Source: the human T2T-CHM13v2.0 reference genome, Homo sapiens
Assembly: GCF_009914755.1 (NCBI RefSeq)
Contig: NC_060946.1
Direction: 5' to 3' (one strand)
DNA: 64,000 bases
The translations under genes and the position numbers were made by a program. The notes below the pieces were generated by a model. The model saw nothing but the letters and a program-made list of their open reading frames with translations, had not been told where the DNA came from and searched no databases. Within the stretch, counting starts at the first letter, position 1. Every line of letters begins with the position of its first letter. Of this stretch, positions 1 to 19,759 are shown one piece after another.

Positions 1-73
1 CCCTTTGTAGATTGTTTAAAAAAACTGTTTTGAGTCAATCGCTGTGAATACTTGAAAGTACAAATATAAATTA

Positions 74-2375
<2,302 letters not shown>

Positions 2376-3940
2376 CAGCCAGCTGATTTTCAACAAAGGC
2401 ACCAAGAACATTCAATGGTGAAAGAACAGTCTTTTCAATGAATGCTGCTGGAAAAATTGGATACACATATACAGAAAAATGAAACTAGACTTTGATCGCT
2501 CACCATATAGAAAACATCAAATCAGAATGGATTAAAGACTTAAATGCAGGAATTGAAACCACAAAACTACTAGAAGAAAACATTGGGGGAACACTTCGGG
2601 AGGACTTCGCTCTGGGCAAAGGTTTTTTGGCACTGGCAACAAAAGCAAAAATAGATAAATGGGATTACCTCAAGCTAAAATGCTTCTACACGTAAAGGAA
2701 GCAGTCAACAGAGTGAAGAGACAACCTACAGAATGGGAGAAAATATTTGCAACTATTCATCTGATAAGGAATTAATAAACAGAATATATAAAAGCTGGGT
2801 GCAGTGGCTCACACCTGTAATCTCAGTGCTTTGGGAGGCCACGGGAGGATGGCTTGAGGCCAGGAGTTTGAGACCAGAATATATAAGGAATGCAAACAAC
2901 CCAACAGCAAAACAATAACAACAACAAAGCCAAATCATCTAATTTTAAAAAGGGCAAATAACCTGAATAGACATTTTTCAAAAGAAGACATATGCATGGC
3001 CAATGAGCATATCAGAGAAATGCTTAATGTCATTAATCATCAGGGAAATGCAAATCAAAACGATAATGAGGTATCATCTCACCCCAATTAAAATGGCTAT
3101 TACTAAAAAGACAAAATTAACAAATACCAGCAAGGAGGCGGAGAAAGAGAAACTCTATACACTGTTGGTGGGAAGGTAAATTAGTATAGCCATTATAGAA
3201 ACACCATGGAGGTTCCTTAAAAAACTAAAAATAGAATTGCCATATGATCCAGAAGTCCCACTATTGGGTGGCTATCCAAAGGAAATGAAATCAGTTTGCT
3301 GATATATCTGTACACCCATGTTTATTGCAGCACTATTCACAATAGCCAAGACGTGAACTCAAACTAAGTGTTCCTCAATAGAAAACGTGGTATATATGCA
3401 CAATATTATTCAGCCATCAAAAATAATGAAATTTTGTCATTCACGGTAATGTGAATGAGTTTGGAGGACATGATGTTAAGTGAAATAAGCCAGGCACAGA
3501 AAGATAAATACTGCATGTTCTTACTGCTATGTGTTAGATGAAAAAGTTGATCTCGTAGGAGTAGAGAGTAGAATAATGGTTACTAGAGTCAGGGAAGGGT
3601 AGGATGGGAGGACAGCCAGAGGTTGGTTAACAGATACAAAAGTGTATCCAGATAGGAGGAATAAGTTCTAGTATTCTACAGCACTGTGGAGCGACTGCAA
3701 TTAACAACTTATTGTATATTTCCAATTCGTCAGAAAGGCAGATTTTGCATGTTCCCAGCACAAAGAAATGATAAATGTTTGAGGTGATGTATATGCTAAT
3801 TATCCTTATTTGATGACTATGCGTCATATACGTGTATTGAAATATCACACTGTGCTGCATAAATATGCACAATTATGTGTCAATTAAAAATAATAATAAA
3901 AGCAAGAAAGAGAGCATGTTCTTTAAAAAAAAAAAAAAGA
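2376..3940 (+). mobile_element. L1 (L1MA-type) ORF2 3' part and 3' UTR with A-rich tail
   Basis: ORF2-like peptides (WIKDLN...[22 protein letters not shown]) and a typical L1MA 3' UTR. Confidence 0.88.
2794..2877 (+). mobile_element. Alu left-arm fragment inside L1
   Basis: gctgggtgcagtggctcacacctgtaatc...gagaccag, with no tail. Confidence 0.8.
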
Positions 3941-4194
3941 CTTCCAGCCTTCCCACCCAGATGTTGTCTTTGGGGTTTTTATGGTGCAGGATTGGGAGAC
4001 TCAGAACTGCAGGGGTTGGGGAAGGGCAGAGAGCGTGGGGAGAGTGGACTCCACCTGGGGGAGGAGTTTCCTTTTTTGCAGGGACAAAATGACAGGCGAC
4101 AAAAGCAGCATGTGGGAGACAAAAGGGACTTTAAAGAAGTGTGGCTAAAGACTGCATACTTCACAGAGTGAGAAAAACAAGCAAGGAACATGAG

Positions 4195-5070
4195 GGCTTT
4201 TTTTTCCAAGTCAGGTCTATCAAGGTGTAATTTACATGCAGTACAATTCACTTTTGGAGGTGTACAGTTCAGTGAATTTTGATGACCGCCTACAGCCATG
4301 CAACCACCGTCACAGTCAAGATACAGAACATTTCCATTACCTTGAAAATTCCCCCATGCCCTTTTACTTAGAAGGATGTTTGCTGTTTCCTGTAACAGTG
4401 TTGAAGAATCCATCCTTATCTGAGATCAAGTAATAGAGAGGAGAGAGAGCTGGGTGTAGAGGTGCCCAGGGCACCCTCTCTCTACTCGAGCCAGTAAAAA
4501 ACAAACCTGCAATATTCATCTTTATATACACTCACAGATGTAAATACAGAGAGATACAGACGAGCAAGCCACAAAGCCAATTACATACCAAAGTTATGCC
4601 ATTAACCTATACAAAGATTTCATAGGTTGTAGTTCCTTCCAGTTCCTCTTCCAGCCCCTGCTCCTGGCAACCACTGATTTGCATTAAAGATAATTCAACC
4701 TATCTCAATTTAATTTCTGTCCCTATGGTTTTGTCCTTTTCCAGAATGTCACATACATGTAATCATACAAGGATTAACCTTTTGTGTCTGGCTTCTTTCA
4801 CTTGAGAGTCATCCGTGTTGCTGCATGCGTCCATCTTTGTTCCTGTTTATTGCTGAGTAATATACTAGGCACACCACAATTTGTTTATGCATTTACTAGT
4901 TGATGGATGCTGCGGTCGTTTTCAGTTTGGGGTTGTTTTGAATAGGGCTGCTATGAACATTCATGTAAAAGTCTTTGTGTGGACATACGTTTTCATTTTT
5001 CTTGCATAAATATCTGAGTGCAATTGTTGGGTCAGGTGATGTGTCTGTTTATGAGAAACTGACAAACTGG
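4195..5070 (-). mobile_element. Old L1M 3'-end fragments (interrupted at about 4380-4630)
   Basis: Antisense L1MB/ME motifs such as gtgtacagttcagtgaattttg, ggcaaccactgatt and gctgctatgaacattcatgta. Confidence 0.65.
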
Positions 5071-5714
5071 AATTACTTTGGTTGGTGAACTGTGTTTCTC
5101 TGACTATGACCCTATTGTGAAACTGAGCCATGTGGCTCACAGGTTTATAAGGGTTGCTTTGTACTCTTGTTGGACGAATTTCAGCTGCATATGTTGTCTC
5201 TCCTAAAGGTATTTGCATTTTAAACAGAAGTCAACTATTCTGTTCAACAAACACTGCCCCAAACTTCAAGTCATAGAATTGGCTTCATTCTCCATGGGAG
5301 AGGTTTCCTATGAGCTAGCAGGCAGGAGGTTCTTGTTGCCTTAGACAGGGTGCGTTTGGAATGCCATATGGGTACCAGTGAACCGTACGTGTGCCTGCAA
5401 CTATAGGTAGATGAATCCCCTGAGTACTCCCACATCCAGGATTCTGCCAGGCAGAGGAAACGGCTCTGGAGAGAAGAGGTTGCCGGAGTCCTCTAACACT
5501 GCCCCTTGCCATTTTTGCTCAGGTCCCGCGTACTTTCTTTAGACTCCACTTTTTCTGTCACCAGTGCAAAGCAAGCATCTTTTAGAGACAAAGGAGCGTT
5601 GGATGAAAGGTCCCCAGGGAAATCTCTTTCCTGTCTCAGATGCTTCCTTTAAGACGAGGACAGAATCAGAGCAGAAGGGGCTATCCAGAGAACTCAGTTT
5701 TACTTCATGAATGT

Positions 5715-6020
5715 CTTTTTTTTTTCTTTTTTCTTTTTCGAGACGAAGTCTCACCCTGTTGCCCTGGCTGGAGTGCAGTGGCACAATCTCAGATCACTGC
5801 AACCTCCGTCTCTGGGGCTCAAGTGATTCTCATGCCTCAGCCTCCTGAGTAGCTGTGATTACAGTCACCCGCCAACACACCCGGCTAATTTTTGTATTTT
5901 TAGTAGAGATGGGATTTCACCATATTGGTCAGGCTGTTCTCAAACTCCTGACCTCGGGTGATCCGCCTGCCTCGGTCTTTCAAAGTGCTGAGGTTACAGG
6001 CGTGAACCACCGTGCCCAGC
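5715..6020 (-). mobile_element. Alu
   Basis: T tract followed by antisense Alu consensus. Confidence 0.9.
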
Positions 6021-6078
6021 TCATGAATGTGTTTGACTCCATCTGCTTCTCTATACCCCCACAGTGTAGGCCTCCCAT

Positions 6079-7010
<932 letters not shown>

Positions 7011-7196
7011 GTAGGTGCCTCAGTGACCTGCTACCTTCTACTCTCAGTCCATCTTCTGGTCTCCACGTGGCAGCCAGAGGAGCTGCTTTATTTTTAAGGT
7101 TTTGATGGATTGATTTAAACTGGTAAACACATGGTTCAAAATTAGAAAGGTGCAAAAGGGTAGGCAGAGAAAAGTCTCCTTTCACCACCCCCCTTT

Positions 7197-8150
<954 letters not shown>

Positions 8151-8771
8151 GAATGAAAAACAAAATGAATCAAACTCTCATGTAATGGACAGAAAAGCTG
8201 AGACTCCCCCCCCTGGAGAGGCGCAACCTGACCAGGTTATTCAACGCAGCGGAGGTGGGGCTGGGAGGGCGGTGCAGGTGCCGCCTGTGGGGCCGGATTC
8301 TCCCAGCTGCCCCACCTGGCCTCTCAGCCACATGCCCCTGCTAGCCAGTAGCCCCAGCCCCAGCGGCTCAGCCTGGCCCTCACTGCCCTTCCCTCCTCCC
8401 TCGCAGTGGCTGTCCCACCCTTTCCCTAGAGCTTTCCAAAGCCTGTCCCTGGATGCCTCCTCCCAGAAAATCGGCGGGCCTCTCCCAAATCCCCCCAGCC
8501 CCTCCACTTCTGCTCTCAGACACCCTCTAGCATGGACCCACACAGCCAGGGCTACAGGCACAGCCCCTGAATCAAGAGACATCTTCACCCTCCCCCTGCC
8601 ATCTTTTCAGTTCTTCAAGTTGTTCTTGTCTTTTTTTCAATACAAAGTCCCTGTGTGATGCTGGGAGTTAATTAATTGTATTCTGGCCAATTAACTGTAA
8701 TGAAAGTTTTTCCTTCCCTGTAGAAGAAAGGGCTTCCCTATAGAAGAGATGGCTACCTAGGGAGACTGCAG

Positions 8772-8811
<40 letters not shown>

Positions 8812-9989
8812 AAAACTCCATCTAGCTTTGGATATCATTTGGGTATCATTTATGAGGACTTGATGTCCAGAGCTGTGGCAACCATTTTGTGACATGAGGC
8901 GATAAGCTTGAGGCTGAAAAGTCTAAATGCTGAGAAAGGCAGTGTGGAGAGAGCCTGGATCCTTCTTGATAATCTCCCCCCAGAGGGTTCATTAGGTAAG
9001 CACTATTGTCCTTACAGCCCAGTCGCCATTGCTTTGATTTTCTGCAACTTGAAGCTGAAAGCATTCTTTACTGATTGGGTGAGGATGCCTTCACCTCCTT
9101 AGGAAGCACATAGGAAGTTCAGGCACAAGGAGACAGGAGGGAAAGCGCTGACCTATGGGTCAGCCAACATGGACTCTCCCTGACTCCACCACCAATTAGT
9201 GGCCTGACCCAGGGCAAAGTCACTTCCTCTCACTCCATTTTCTTCCTGGGAAAATGAGGGGCTGCATGACAGCAGTGGCGTCTCCTAACAGTGACTCACA
9301 AGCCCCCCAAAGCCTCAGTGAGCTGCCTGAACTTTTACTGATGCCAGTGAGGGGTGGAGAGGGTCCATACTGAGCTCAATTGTGACGGTTTGGAGGTGAC
9401 TCAGTGAGGAATCAGACAGCCCCGGAGTCTTTTTTTCATTCCTGTTCCCCATTTGTCAGCAATCCTTCATCGTGCCCCAGTTTCAGGGTGTATTTTTAGT
9501 GAAAATAAACTTGCACAGCTCAGGATTACACAATTCCTTCAAGAGCTTCAGCATCACCTGCTGATGGACCCAAGCTAATGAGCAGGTCACGTGGAGGTGG
9601 TCACCCCCTCCCCGATAGCAGCTGGGAGTAGCTGGTGAGGCCCACTGACCCCAAAGTTCAGGAAGGTGGGCTAACGAGGGAAATAATTTAATTTTGCCAG
9701 AAAAACAAAAAAAAATCTCCACGTCCTACAGCCTGGGGCGAGATGAGTGCATTCAGCCTGGGATTCAGAATCAGGCCTTCGAGGTATCCAGCATCTAGTG
9801 AGGAAAACAGAGCTGCATTTTGAAACCCTTTGCCTTCTAAATCCAGGCCTGGAGCTGGCTTGTGTTTTGCAGAGCAGGTAAACAGGTTTGATTGGTTTGC
9901 AAAAAATGTGTTTGGGAGTGGGGAGCTGGGGTGGTGGGGAGGTTAAATCTTCTGCTTAAATAAGGGAAGAGAATTTAGCATTTCTAGAG

Positions 9990-10430
9990 GCCATGGAGAA
10001 GGCAGAATATCACAAGCACTGTTGGTGACCTGCCCAGATCCCCATTGCAGGAATGAAACACCCAGGCCCCTCCTACTGGGAGTGTCGGTTGTACCCTTAA
10101 ACTGAGAACCACCCCCAACCAAGAAGCCTGGGAGATCACACTGCCCTGTCCTCATTCAATGACTGACCTATACAAGGGGTCAAAGAGCCCAAGTCCCTGG
10201 GCTCAAGGTAGGATAAATCTGTGGTTCCTTCCACAGTCCAGAGCTTCTGGTAGGACCTGGCTGAGGCTGGGCTTCCACAGTCCCCACATTCCTGCCTGGC
10301 TTCTTCCCCTGCCCTATCCTGACTCCCCCACTTCCTTACAAGTCCCTCCTGAGAGTACTCCTTCCCTCCATGGATGATCTGCACAGGGACCTCTGTCTCA
10401 GATGCTAGTTCTGCAGAGCCAACCTATGAC
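9990..10430 (+). mobile_element. LTR16-like ERVL LTR
   Basis: cttcttcccctgccctatcctg...ctctgtctcagatgctagttctgcagagccaacctatgac resembles an LTR16 3' end. Confidence 0.55.
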
Positions 10431-10692
10431 CTAGGATACGGAAATGAGGAGGAAAGTGGGGCACTTGGGCTGGATAAAGCCCCTCAAATGGGACAAAACA
10501 GCCAATGACTAAGGTCTTTTAAGCACATGAATATTTAATGTTCTATAATCCATATGAATTGAACTGTTCTGTATGAATCTTATTAGTTGGGTAGACATGG
10601 GCAGGTCTTTCAATCTTCTGCTGTGATGTAAGCTCTTAGCCCATCCCCTTCAATCTTAAGTACAGTCTGTTATACACAGAAATGCCCTGCAA

Positions 10693-10695
<3 letters not shown>

Positions 10696-10726
<31 letters not shown>
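10696..10726 (+). repeat. (TG)n microsatellite
   Basis: Read directly from the sequence. Confidence 0.95.
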
Positions 10727-10728
<2 letters not shown>

Positions 10729-10965
10729 ATGTAGGGTTAGGGGTTGGGTTCCACAATTGGATTGACCCCAAATGGCCAGAACATGCAGGATGGTGATCTA
10801 ATCCATAAATGGAATTAACTCAGCAGAAAGGAGCTAGAGGTGATCATCAGCCTATAAATACTTGGAGAATTTGCATCAGTGTTGGAGAGGACTTGGAACT
10901 TCCTTGGGAAATAGATGAGAATTGGAATCATTCTTATCTACATCTTAAGGAGCAGAAAGACCTCA

Positions 10966-11400
10966 GCTGTTATGGAAGACATTACTAGTTGTCTACACAG
11001 CATCCATTCTCTCTTTCTTCCTTAGTAACAGAGCATTGGTTTTATTCTGGACAGCAATGTGCTCAATTAAAAGGATATCTTTCCCAGAGCAGTTGGCATG
11101 GCCGATGAGATGGAAGCACTAGGTTTTGCTTTGAAGTCTCTGTAAGAAGAGCACAGCATGGACCCTTTGTGTCCTTTCCTTCTCCCTCTTGCTTCCTACC
11201 TGGAACATAGATGTGATGATTGGAGCTTCAGCAGCCATCTGGACCTATGATGAGACCTTGAGGAGGGAAGCTACATGCTGAGGATGGCAGAGCAAAAAAA
11301 TCTAAGGACCTTCAGTCTCTGAAGACTTCATGGAGGTGCCAGGCCAGCCCCTTTGGGGTTTAAACAATTGAAGTTGGAGCTCCCATACTCATAGCAGCAT
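10966..11400 (+). mobile_element. MLT1 (MaLR) LTR, J/K-like
   Basis: ttcttccttagtaacaga, gcagccatct and gctgaggatggcagagca motifs. Confidence 0.6.
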
Positions 11401-11567
11401 GTGTTCCTCATGAATTCTGCTTTCACGAGCAGAGTCTTTGCCAAGTTACCCCCTTTTTACCAGGATCATCATTATTGCTTATTCCCATGTTTTCCATGAG
11501 AATGACGGTAGGAAAGGGAAAGAGTGTGGGCTTAGGAGTCAGACACTTGGCTCAGGGGACCTTAGCA

Positions 11568-11745
11568 GAGAGCAGTTTCAAGTTTGAGTGTGCTGTAGAA
11601 CCACCTGGAAGGTTTGTTAAAATGCAGGCTGCTGCTGGCCCCTGACCCCGCAGCTTTTGATTCAGTAGGTTTAAGGGGGGCCTGTGAACTTGCATTTCCA
11701 ACCAGCTTCCAAGAGATGCTGATGCAGCTGGTCTGGGGATTACAT
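11568..11745. mobile_element. MER5A DNA transposon
   Basis: agaaccacctggaaggtttgttaaaatgcag...tgattcagtaggtt...ttgcatttccaac...gatgctgatgc. Confidence 0.75.
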
Positions 11746-11844
11746 CATCCTCATGGCAATCACACTACCCTAATTTTAAAATCTCTTTTCTGTCATTAAT
11801 TTAACAGCTAGGTACTTCATCCTGTATTCATTTCAACACATGAC

Positions 11845-12159
11845 TCATTCATTCATTTAACAAATAATTATAAAGCAGCCACCGTGTGCCAAGCTCTAGC
11901 AATGGGGACTCAACAGTGGAGAAAACCAACCCCCTGATGTCAGCTAGGAAGCTAACATCCTAGTGCAAGAGAAGGGCAATGTAACCGATTAAAAATATAA
12001 TAGAGCCAGGTACAGTACCATCCCAGCTACTCAGGAGGCAAGAGGATCACTTGATCCCAGGAGTTCGAGGTTACAGTAAGCTATGATCACATCACTGCAC
12101 TCCAACCAGGGCGACAAAGTGAGATCTTGTCTCTAACGAGAGAGAGAGAGAGAGAGAGA

Positions 12160-12200
<41 letters not shown>

Positions 12201-12830
12201 ATAGTGACAGGCAGGGACAAATGCTATGAAGAAAAATAAATCAGGGCAAGGGGATAGAGAGTGATAGGAGATGCAATTTTAGAGAGGATCATCAGTGAAG
12301 GGCATTTAAAAGAAATGACTTACAAAAACTCACATACAATGAGGGAGTGAGCAGTGCAGAATTCTGGGGCAAGAACATCTTAGGTTTAGGGAATGGCAAG
12401 TGCAAAGCCCTGGGAGAGGGTCATGTTTGCTATGTTGAGGGGCCAGCAAGGAGATCTGTAGGCTGGAGCAGGGAGAGCCAGAGGGAGAAAGGCAGGAAAA
12501 GAGGGCAGAAAGATGGACAGGGCCAGCCCATGGGGGTCTTCCAGGGCATAGTAAGGATTTGGGGTTTTAGTTAAAGGTCTAGGGGAGCTATTGGAAGGAG
12601 TGACATGATCTGACTTCTGTTTTCAAAGAACACTCTGACTTAGTTAGGGGCTGCTGCTCTCATTCAGGCAAGAAATGATGGTGGGTAGGGTAGGACAGAT
12701 GGGGACAAGTGGACAGATTTAGTAGGATTTGCTGTCACTTTGGATATGTGGAGCAAGAACAAGATCAGAGCCAAGGACAACTGCTAGGATTTTAGCCTGG
12801 GCAGGCAGGTAAATGGTGGCTGTTCAGGAA
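11845..12830 (-). mobile_element. L2 fragment containing an Alu monomer (12004-12135) and (GA)n(GT)n (12138-12197)
   Basis: (ATTC)n L2 tail and typical antisense L2 body. Confidence 0.65.
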
Positions 12831-13447
12831 TTCTTAGGTGCTGTATCTAGTGGGGAAGGCCACAGGGAAAGGAGATGATGAAGACATAATGTCTGCCTTC
12901 CAGATCTCACTGTTCAGTGGGATTCTCCATAAACATTCACTGAGGGCCCAGGCAAGATCATTCCCAAGGGTAGGGACAGTTCTATTTGGGCCGCCTTTGT
13001 CAGTTTATATGATCAGGGAGATCCCTTTTGGGTCTCTACTTGCATAACAGATGTCACGGGAAAAGCTACCTTGGCATCAAAACTCTGCTGGTTGGGCAAC
13101 CCCGTAGATTACAGATAGATGTGTGGTTTACAAATCGCTAGAATTGGAAAGAGCCAAAGAAATTAGTGAGGGAGGCTCAGAACAGAATTCCAGGTGAGTT
13201 CTATGCAGGCTTACTAAAATAACTCAGCATTGAGAGGAACAATGACAAGTATTGTGTCACAGGTGTGCTGTGCTGCAACAGCCTAGCAAACTCTTCTAGA
13301 CTTGGGGAACTAGAAACAGCATGTCAGGCTTGATTATTCATCAGTTGCTAGCTGGCAGGGGAGGGAGTGGGAGTCTCAGATTTTCTTTGCATTTTTCTAG
13401 TAGTTAATAATTCCTATATAATTCAAATATCAGCTAGAGCCTTCCTA

Positions 13448-13785
<338 letters not shown>

Positions 13786-14067
13786 ATACTAGTATGAACT
13801 CCTCAATTCTATGCCTTCTGGAGTCTACATCAGCATTTCTGTGAATTTGGAGGGAGGGTCGGGACTCCTATTGTCAAGGTTACCTGGTGTCTCCAGGAGA
13901 TTGCTTCTCTTAGCATCGCCTTTGTCTCACACAAAACTGATGAGACTCAAAGATCATTTTTTTTCTTATTTTCTACTGTAATCTTATTAAAAGCAAGGGT
14001 CCCATATGGCCCAGATTTTGGATGGAGTTGTATTCAGGATGCACAGTCCAGTAAACAAAGGTAATTA

Positions 14068-14648
<581 letters not shown>

Positions 14649-14701
14649 TACATTTCACTCTTACGCTTCTCCGCTGGCAAACCTTTCAAACTTTCTCCTA
14701 A

Positions 14702-15222
<521 letters not shown>

Positions 15223-15741
15223 CACTGTTTCTTTATTTCTGGCCATTCTTCAAGTCTCACAAAAGGATGCAAAATAGGCTGCAAAAGTTCAAACTTGCAT
15301 ACAGCTTGTGTGTATGTGTGCATGCACACATGTATGCATGTGTGAGACAAAGGTTAGCTTTATTAATCTCCTAAATACCCATTCTCTCTCCCCATATGGG
15401 CTCACTAAAGGTAATTTTCTTTGTCCACTCAACTTCTTTCCTCTCCCCCTGCCCACTCCCACAACACAGTCATTAGAGTAGAGAGCACTTCGCTAAAGAT
15501 TTCTTGGGAGAGCCCAAGGGATTCTGTCAGAAATGCAAGTAACGTAACCATGCACACCAGGCATCTGAGTTCTTAAGAAGCCTCTCACCACCTACCACCG
15601 GGGTTCTCACTGGCTGTCTATCCACATTCGCCCATCGTGACCCATTTTGATGCCTTCTTTATATATCACCTGTCTATACTGATTGCCACCGTCCCTCCTC
15701 TTCTTCTCTCAGGAGCAAAGCGACAAATTTCACTCCTCGTA

Positions 15742-16040
<299 letters not shown>

Positions 16041-16059
16041 TCACTCCTTGTCTTATGCA

Positions 16060-16640
16060 GAGCAGTTTAGCTCATTAGCAGACGGGTTGCAAGCATGGGA
16101 ACTGGAGCCAGTTGGCTTGGGTTTGAATCCTGCCCCCTGCTGACTAGTTGTATGACCTCAAGATGGCTTCATCACTTCTTGTTTCCTAGTTTCTTCATCG
16201 CCAAGATGGAATTAGTGCTAACCCCTTTCTCCAAGGGTTGTTGGGAGGATTAACTGAGTTAACCAACATCAAGTACTTAGGGAAGCACCTCGTATACAGC
16301 AGGTGCTCATGAAATCTCAGGTTTTATTAGTCTCCTGAGCTCTTGGGCTCATCTGTCATCTCCTAACAGAGAGACTTTTCCAAGGTTTCCAAATAAAGGA
16401 CGCTTCCTCCTCAGGATGGATTTTGGTGCTGGCCATGAATGCTGTTTAGCCTTGTTGCTTCCATAAAGGGTCCTGGGTTTGAATTCTGACTTTGCCACTT
16501 TCTGGCTGTGTGACCTTAAGAAGATCCTTCAACATCTGTGAGTCTCAGTTTCCTCATCCTTTAAATGGAGATAACAGCACTACCCATTTTCTGAGATTGT
16601 TAGGATTAAGGGAGCATGCATGTGAAGCCTCTGGAGTGGT
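16060..16640 (+). mobile_element. Two MIR elements
   Basis: gggtttgaatcc...tgtgtgacctt...ctcagtttcctcatc core sequences. Confidence 0.7.
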
Positions 16641-19600
16641 AAGGATTTGTGGGGTGTTGGCGGGGCACTGGGTGCTGTCCAATGTATCAATTTTTAGCAC
16701 AGTGAACAACACCCTGGATGTGGTCCACAAATGCGCTTGCAGCCTGCCCCCCAGAGCTGTGCAATGGTGGTTCTTTATGAAGGAAAGGTGCTCCTGGGAA
16801 ACAGACAGAGTTGGGATCAACTAACAAGGTGATCTCAGGGGAGGGCAAGACCCCTGTGGGCTGGGAAGACTTTCTAAGGGAGGGAGAGCTTGGGCTGGGC
16901 CATGTAAATGGGGAGGATTTGAATAAGGACCATGTGGAAGGAACTTCAGACAGGAGGGGCTCCTGAGCAAAGGCTGGGAGGTAGGACTGGGCTTTGTGTG
17001 CAAAGCCAGCTTCCCGGGATCCGCCACACCCTCTGATTCAGCTAAGTCCACAGATAGGGCTGAGCAGCTGGCTGGGCCTCAGCAGAGGGTTCATGTCGTG
17101 GGTGGGTAACTGACAAGAGCAGAACGGAGGGCTGCGGAATGTCCCCTGCCAGGCCGAGGTGCTTGGACTTCAGTGTTATTAGTGATAATAGCAAAGCAAT
17201 AAGAACAAGCATCATTTGTTGCACTCTGAGATACCAAGCACTGCACCTCAGAATGCAAAAAACACTGTGGCTCGGGGGCCACACATCAAATCTGTGCCAG
17301 AGCCTGGATGGACACTGAGGTCCAGTGGACCCCAGAGGCCAGGCCCCTGACTACAAGGAGAGCCCGCACTGTCCTGGGGCACCCACAGCCTCTGAGCATT
17401 AGCAGAGTCCGTCCTTAGGGTCAGCTCTCTCCCAGGAAGGAGGGGAGGGGGTGCCTTGTGACCATCCTGTTCTCCGTCTCCTCCCCTCCCCCTTTTCCTC
17501 TGCTCTCTGCTCCTCCTTCCGATCATGCACTGGTTGGGGACACCTCCAGGCCACCCTCAGCCCCAGGTGGGTTTGGCATCCATGGAGTGCAGCCCATGTG
17601 TCCCCAGAGCCCCTCCTCCAGCACTCCTTGTCTGGATGGGACCAAGCAAGGTAGAGGTGGCGCGGGTGGAGAAGGAGGAGAGAACCTTCTCCAATGAGAG
17701 AGGGGACTGCACCTCTCCAACCCTGGTTTGGCATTTTATGTGCTGGGAATGAGAAGCCCAAGGTTGCTATGGAAACTACCATCCCCTGCTCCCTCTCTCA
17801 TTCTCTGTGGGAAGTTCTTGCATGTAAGGGGTGTGGGGTACGTGGGTAGGGGGCACTCCTGCTGCACACGGCGCTGGAATGCAGAAGGACCGTCTCTAGG
17901 GGTGGGAGATGCAATGGATGGATGGGAGCCAGGTGAAAGGCCTCTGGGGCTCCTGATCCTAGAAGGGGCTTCAGGGCTTCTGACTTGAGAGCAGGGCCAG
18001 GGGCAGCCATGGAGCTCAGGGGGCTTCTCTGGAATAATCCTGGGAGCGACCATGCATACTCGAAAGGCACAGAACAATTTGCAAAACGCAGTCAGATGGG
18101 CCACTGGGAAAGAGCTTGGGCCCCACAGTTACCAGGATGTAGGCTTGAATACCAGCACAGCTCATGCTCCTAAGCTTCACTCTCTCTACTAGAAGATGTG
18201 CCTAGTGACAGCAGCCTCAGAGAGTGGTGACATGAAACCATTATGCTATGCACCTGGTCCCTGCCTGGCGTCTATACAGCAGGCAGCATCCAGTTAAGGG
18301 GAGGTCCTTGTCTTCCCTTTCCCATCTCACTGGATCCCATTCAGATAGGCAGTAGGAGCCCGCTTTACAGATAAGGGGACTGAGGCCCAGCCAGGGGAAG
18401 GAAGGGGCTCAGGGTCCACAAGGGGTCTGGGCAGGGCCAGGAACTACACAAGTTCTTCTGCCTTCCTTTGCACTCTTGTCGCTGCTGCCTGGCACTGGCC
18501 TTAACTGTCAGCCACTGTGACCTGCAGGACTCCCTGCGTCTGAGCCCGGTGCTAAGCCCCAGAGCTTCTTGATACTCTCATTAGGGGGACCGGGCCTGTG
18601 GCAGAAACAAATCTCTTTTGGCTTTTATTATTAAAATAGAATAAAGTGCCAAGCTTTCTCTGTGGGGGAGGGAAATGATGGAGGTGGGGAAAAAAAAACA
18701 GCCTTCCAGCCCCGACGCCGACACCCCCATGCAGCGCCCCTCTCAGCTCCCAGAAAGGAGAGTTCCTTCCAGGTGAGTTGTCAGCTCTTTCTGGGGCAGA
18801 AGAAGGTGGAAAACTAATTTTAACCTCTCAGGATTTTTTTTTTTTTTTTTTTTTTTTTAGCCTTCATGTCTTTCAGACCAGGGGAAGGACATCAGGTACC
18901 CCTCTATGTCCATTGAGACACAGGGGAAGAAGGGAACCAAGGGTGATTTTGCCTCCACCAGGCAGGTTTTGCAAACCCCAGGTGGATACTGAGGCCAATC
19001 TGGGCTCGGCAGGTCTCTACCTTCTCCCCCGCAGCAGAAAATGAGGTCCCTCCTATTCCACCTCTTCCCAAATCCAAGGAAGGTGTCAGCAGGCTGAAGT
19101 CAGATATGTGAGTTTATGAAAACTGGGGCCTGAGTTCCAGACCACCTGCTTCAGGGATTTGCTGTATGGCGTTGAGTTAAGTCACCTCCTCCTCTGGGCC
19201 TGAGTTGCCTCATCTGTCCCAAGAGGAACAACTTCCATCTTGCTCACTTCCCAGGGTGGCCATGGAGGCTTAAAGCAGTGTGGGCTGATGTCCAGGCCCC
19301 AGCATTTAGAGGCTGTAACCAAACTGGAGCGGATCCCATGGGGAGTGATCGGAATGGGGCAGGGACCCTTAGTCTGCCCACCTGATGGGGGAGAACCAAG
19401 AGATCAGCCTCCAAATTCATGTTGCACCCAGCCCAGTGCTTGGCATGTGGTTGTTAAGGCACGTTTAGAACAGGATAAATCAATCAGGGTTCCCATAGGG
19501 AATAATGGGACAAGGTTAGCCTGAGAAGACATTCATGGGAAATCAGCCAATTGATCTACAAGCAGTAGAATGGCTGTGACAAGGCATTAGAGATTAGAGA

Positions 19601-19759
19601 TAGTTCCTGGGGACAAATAAGTAGACACTGTAAGAAGACAGATTTCAATTCTACACAAGGGCCATGGAGTGAAGGCAGGGGAATGAGCTTGGATTAGGCA
19701 TTTGCAATGTGTCTGGGAACTGAATGGAAATGGCTATAATTGGTTGAGCCCTTGCTGAG

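Noticed and set aside
16131-16146. CTCF-like motifs (here and at about 60583)
   Set aside because: Imperfect matches that cannot be distinguished from background without ChIP data.
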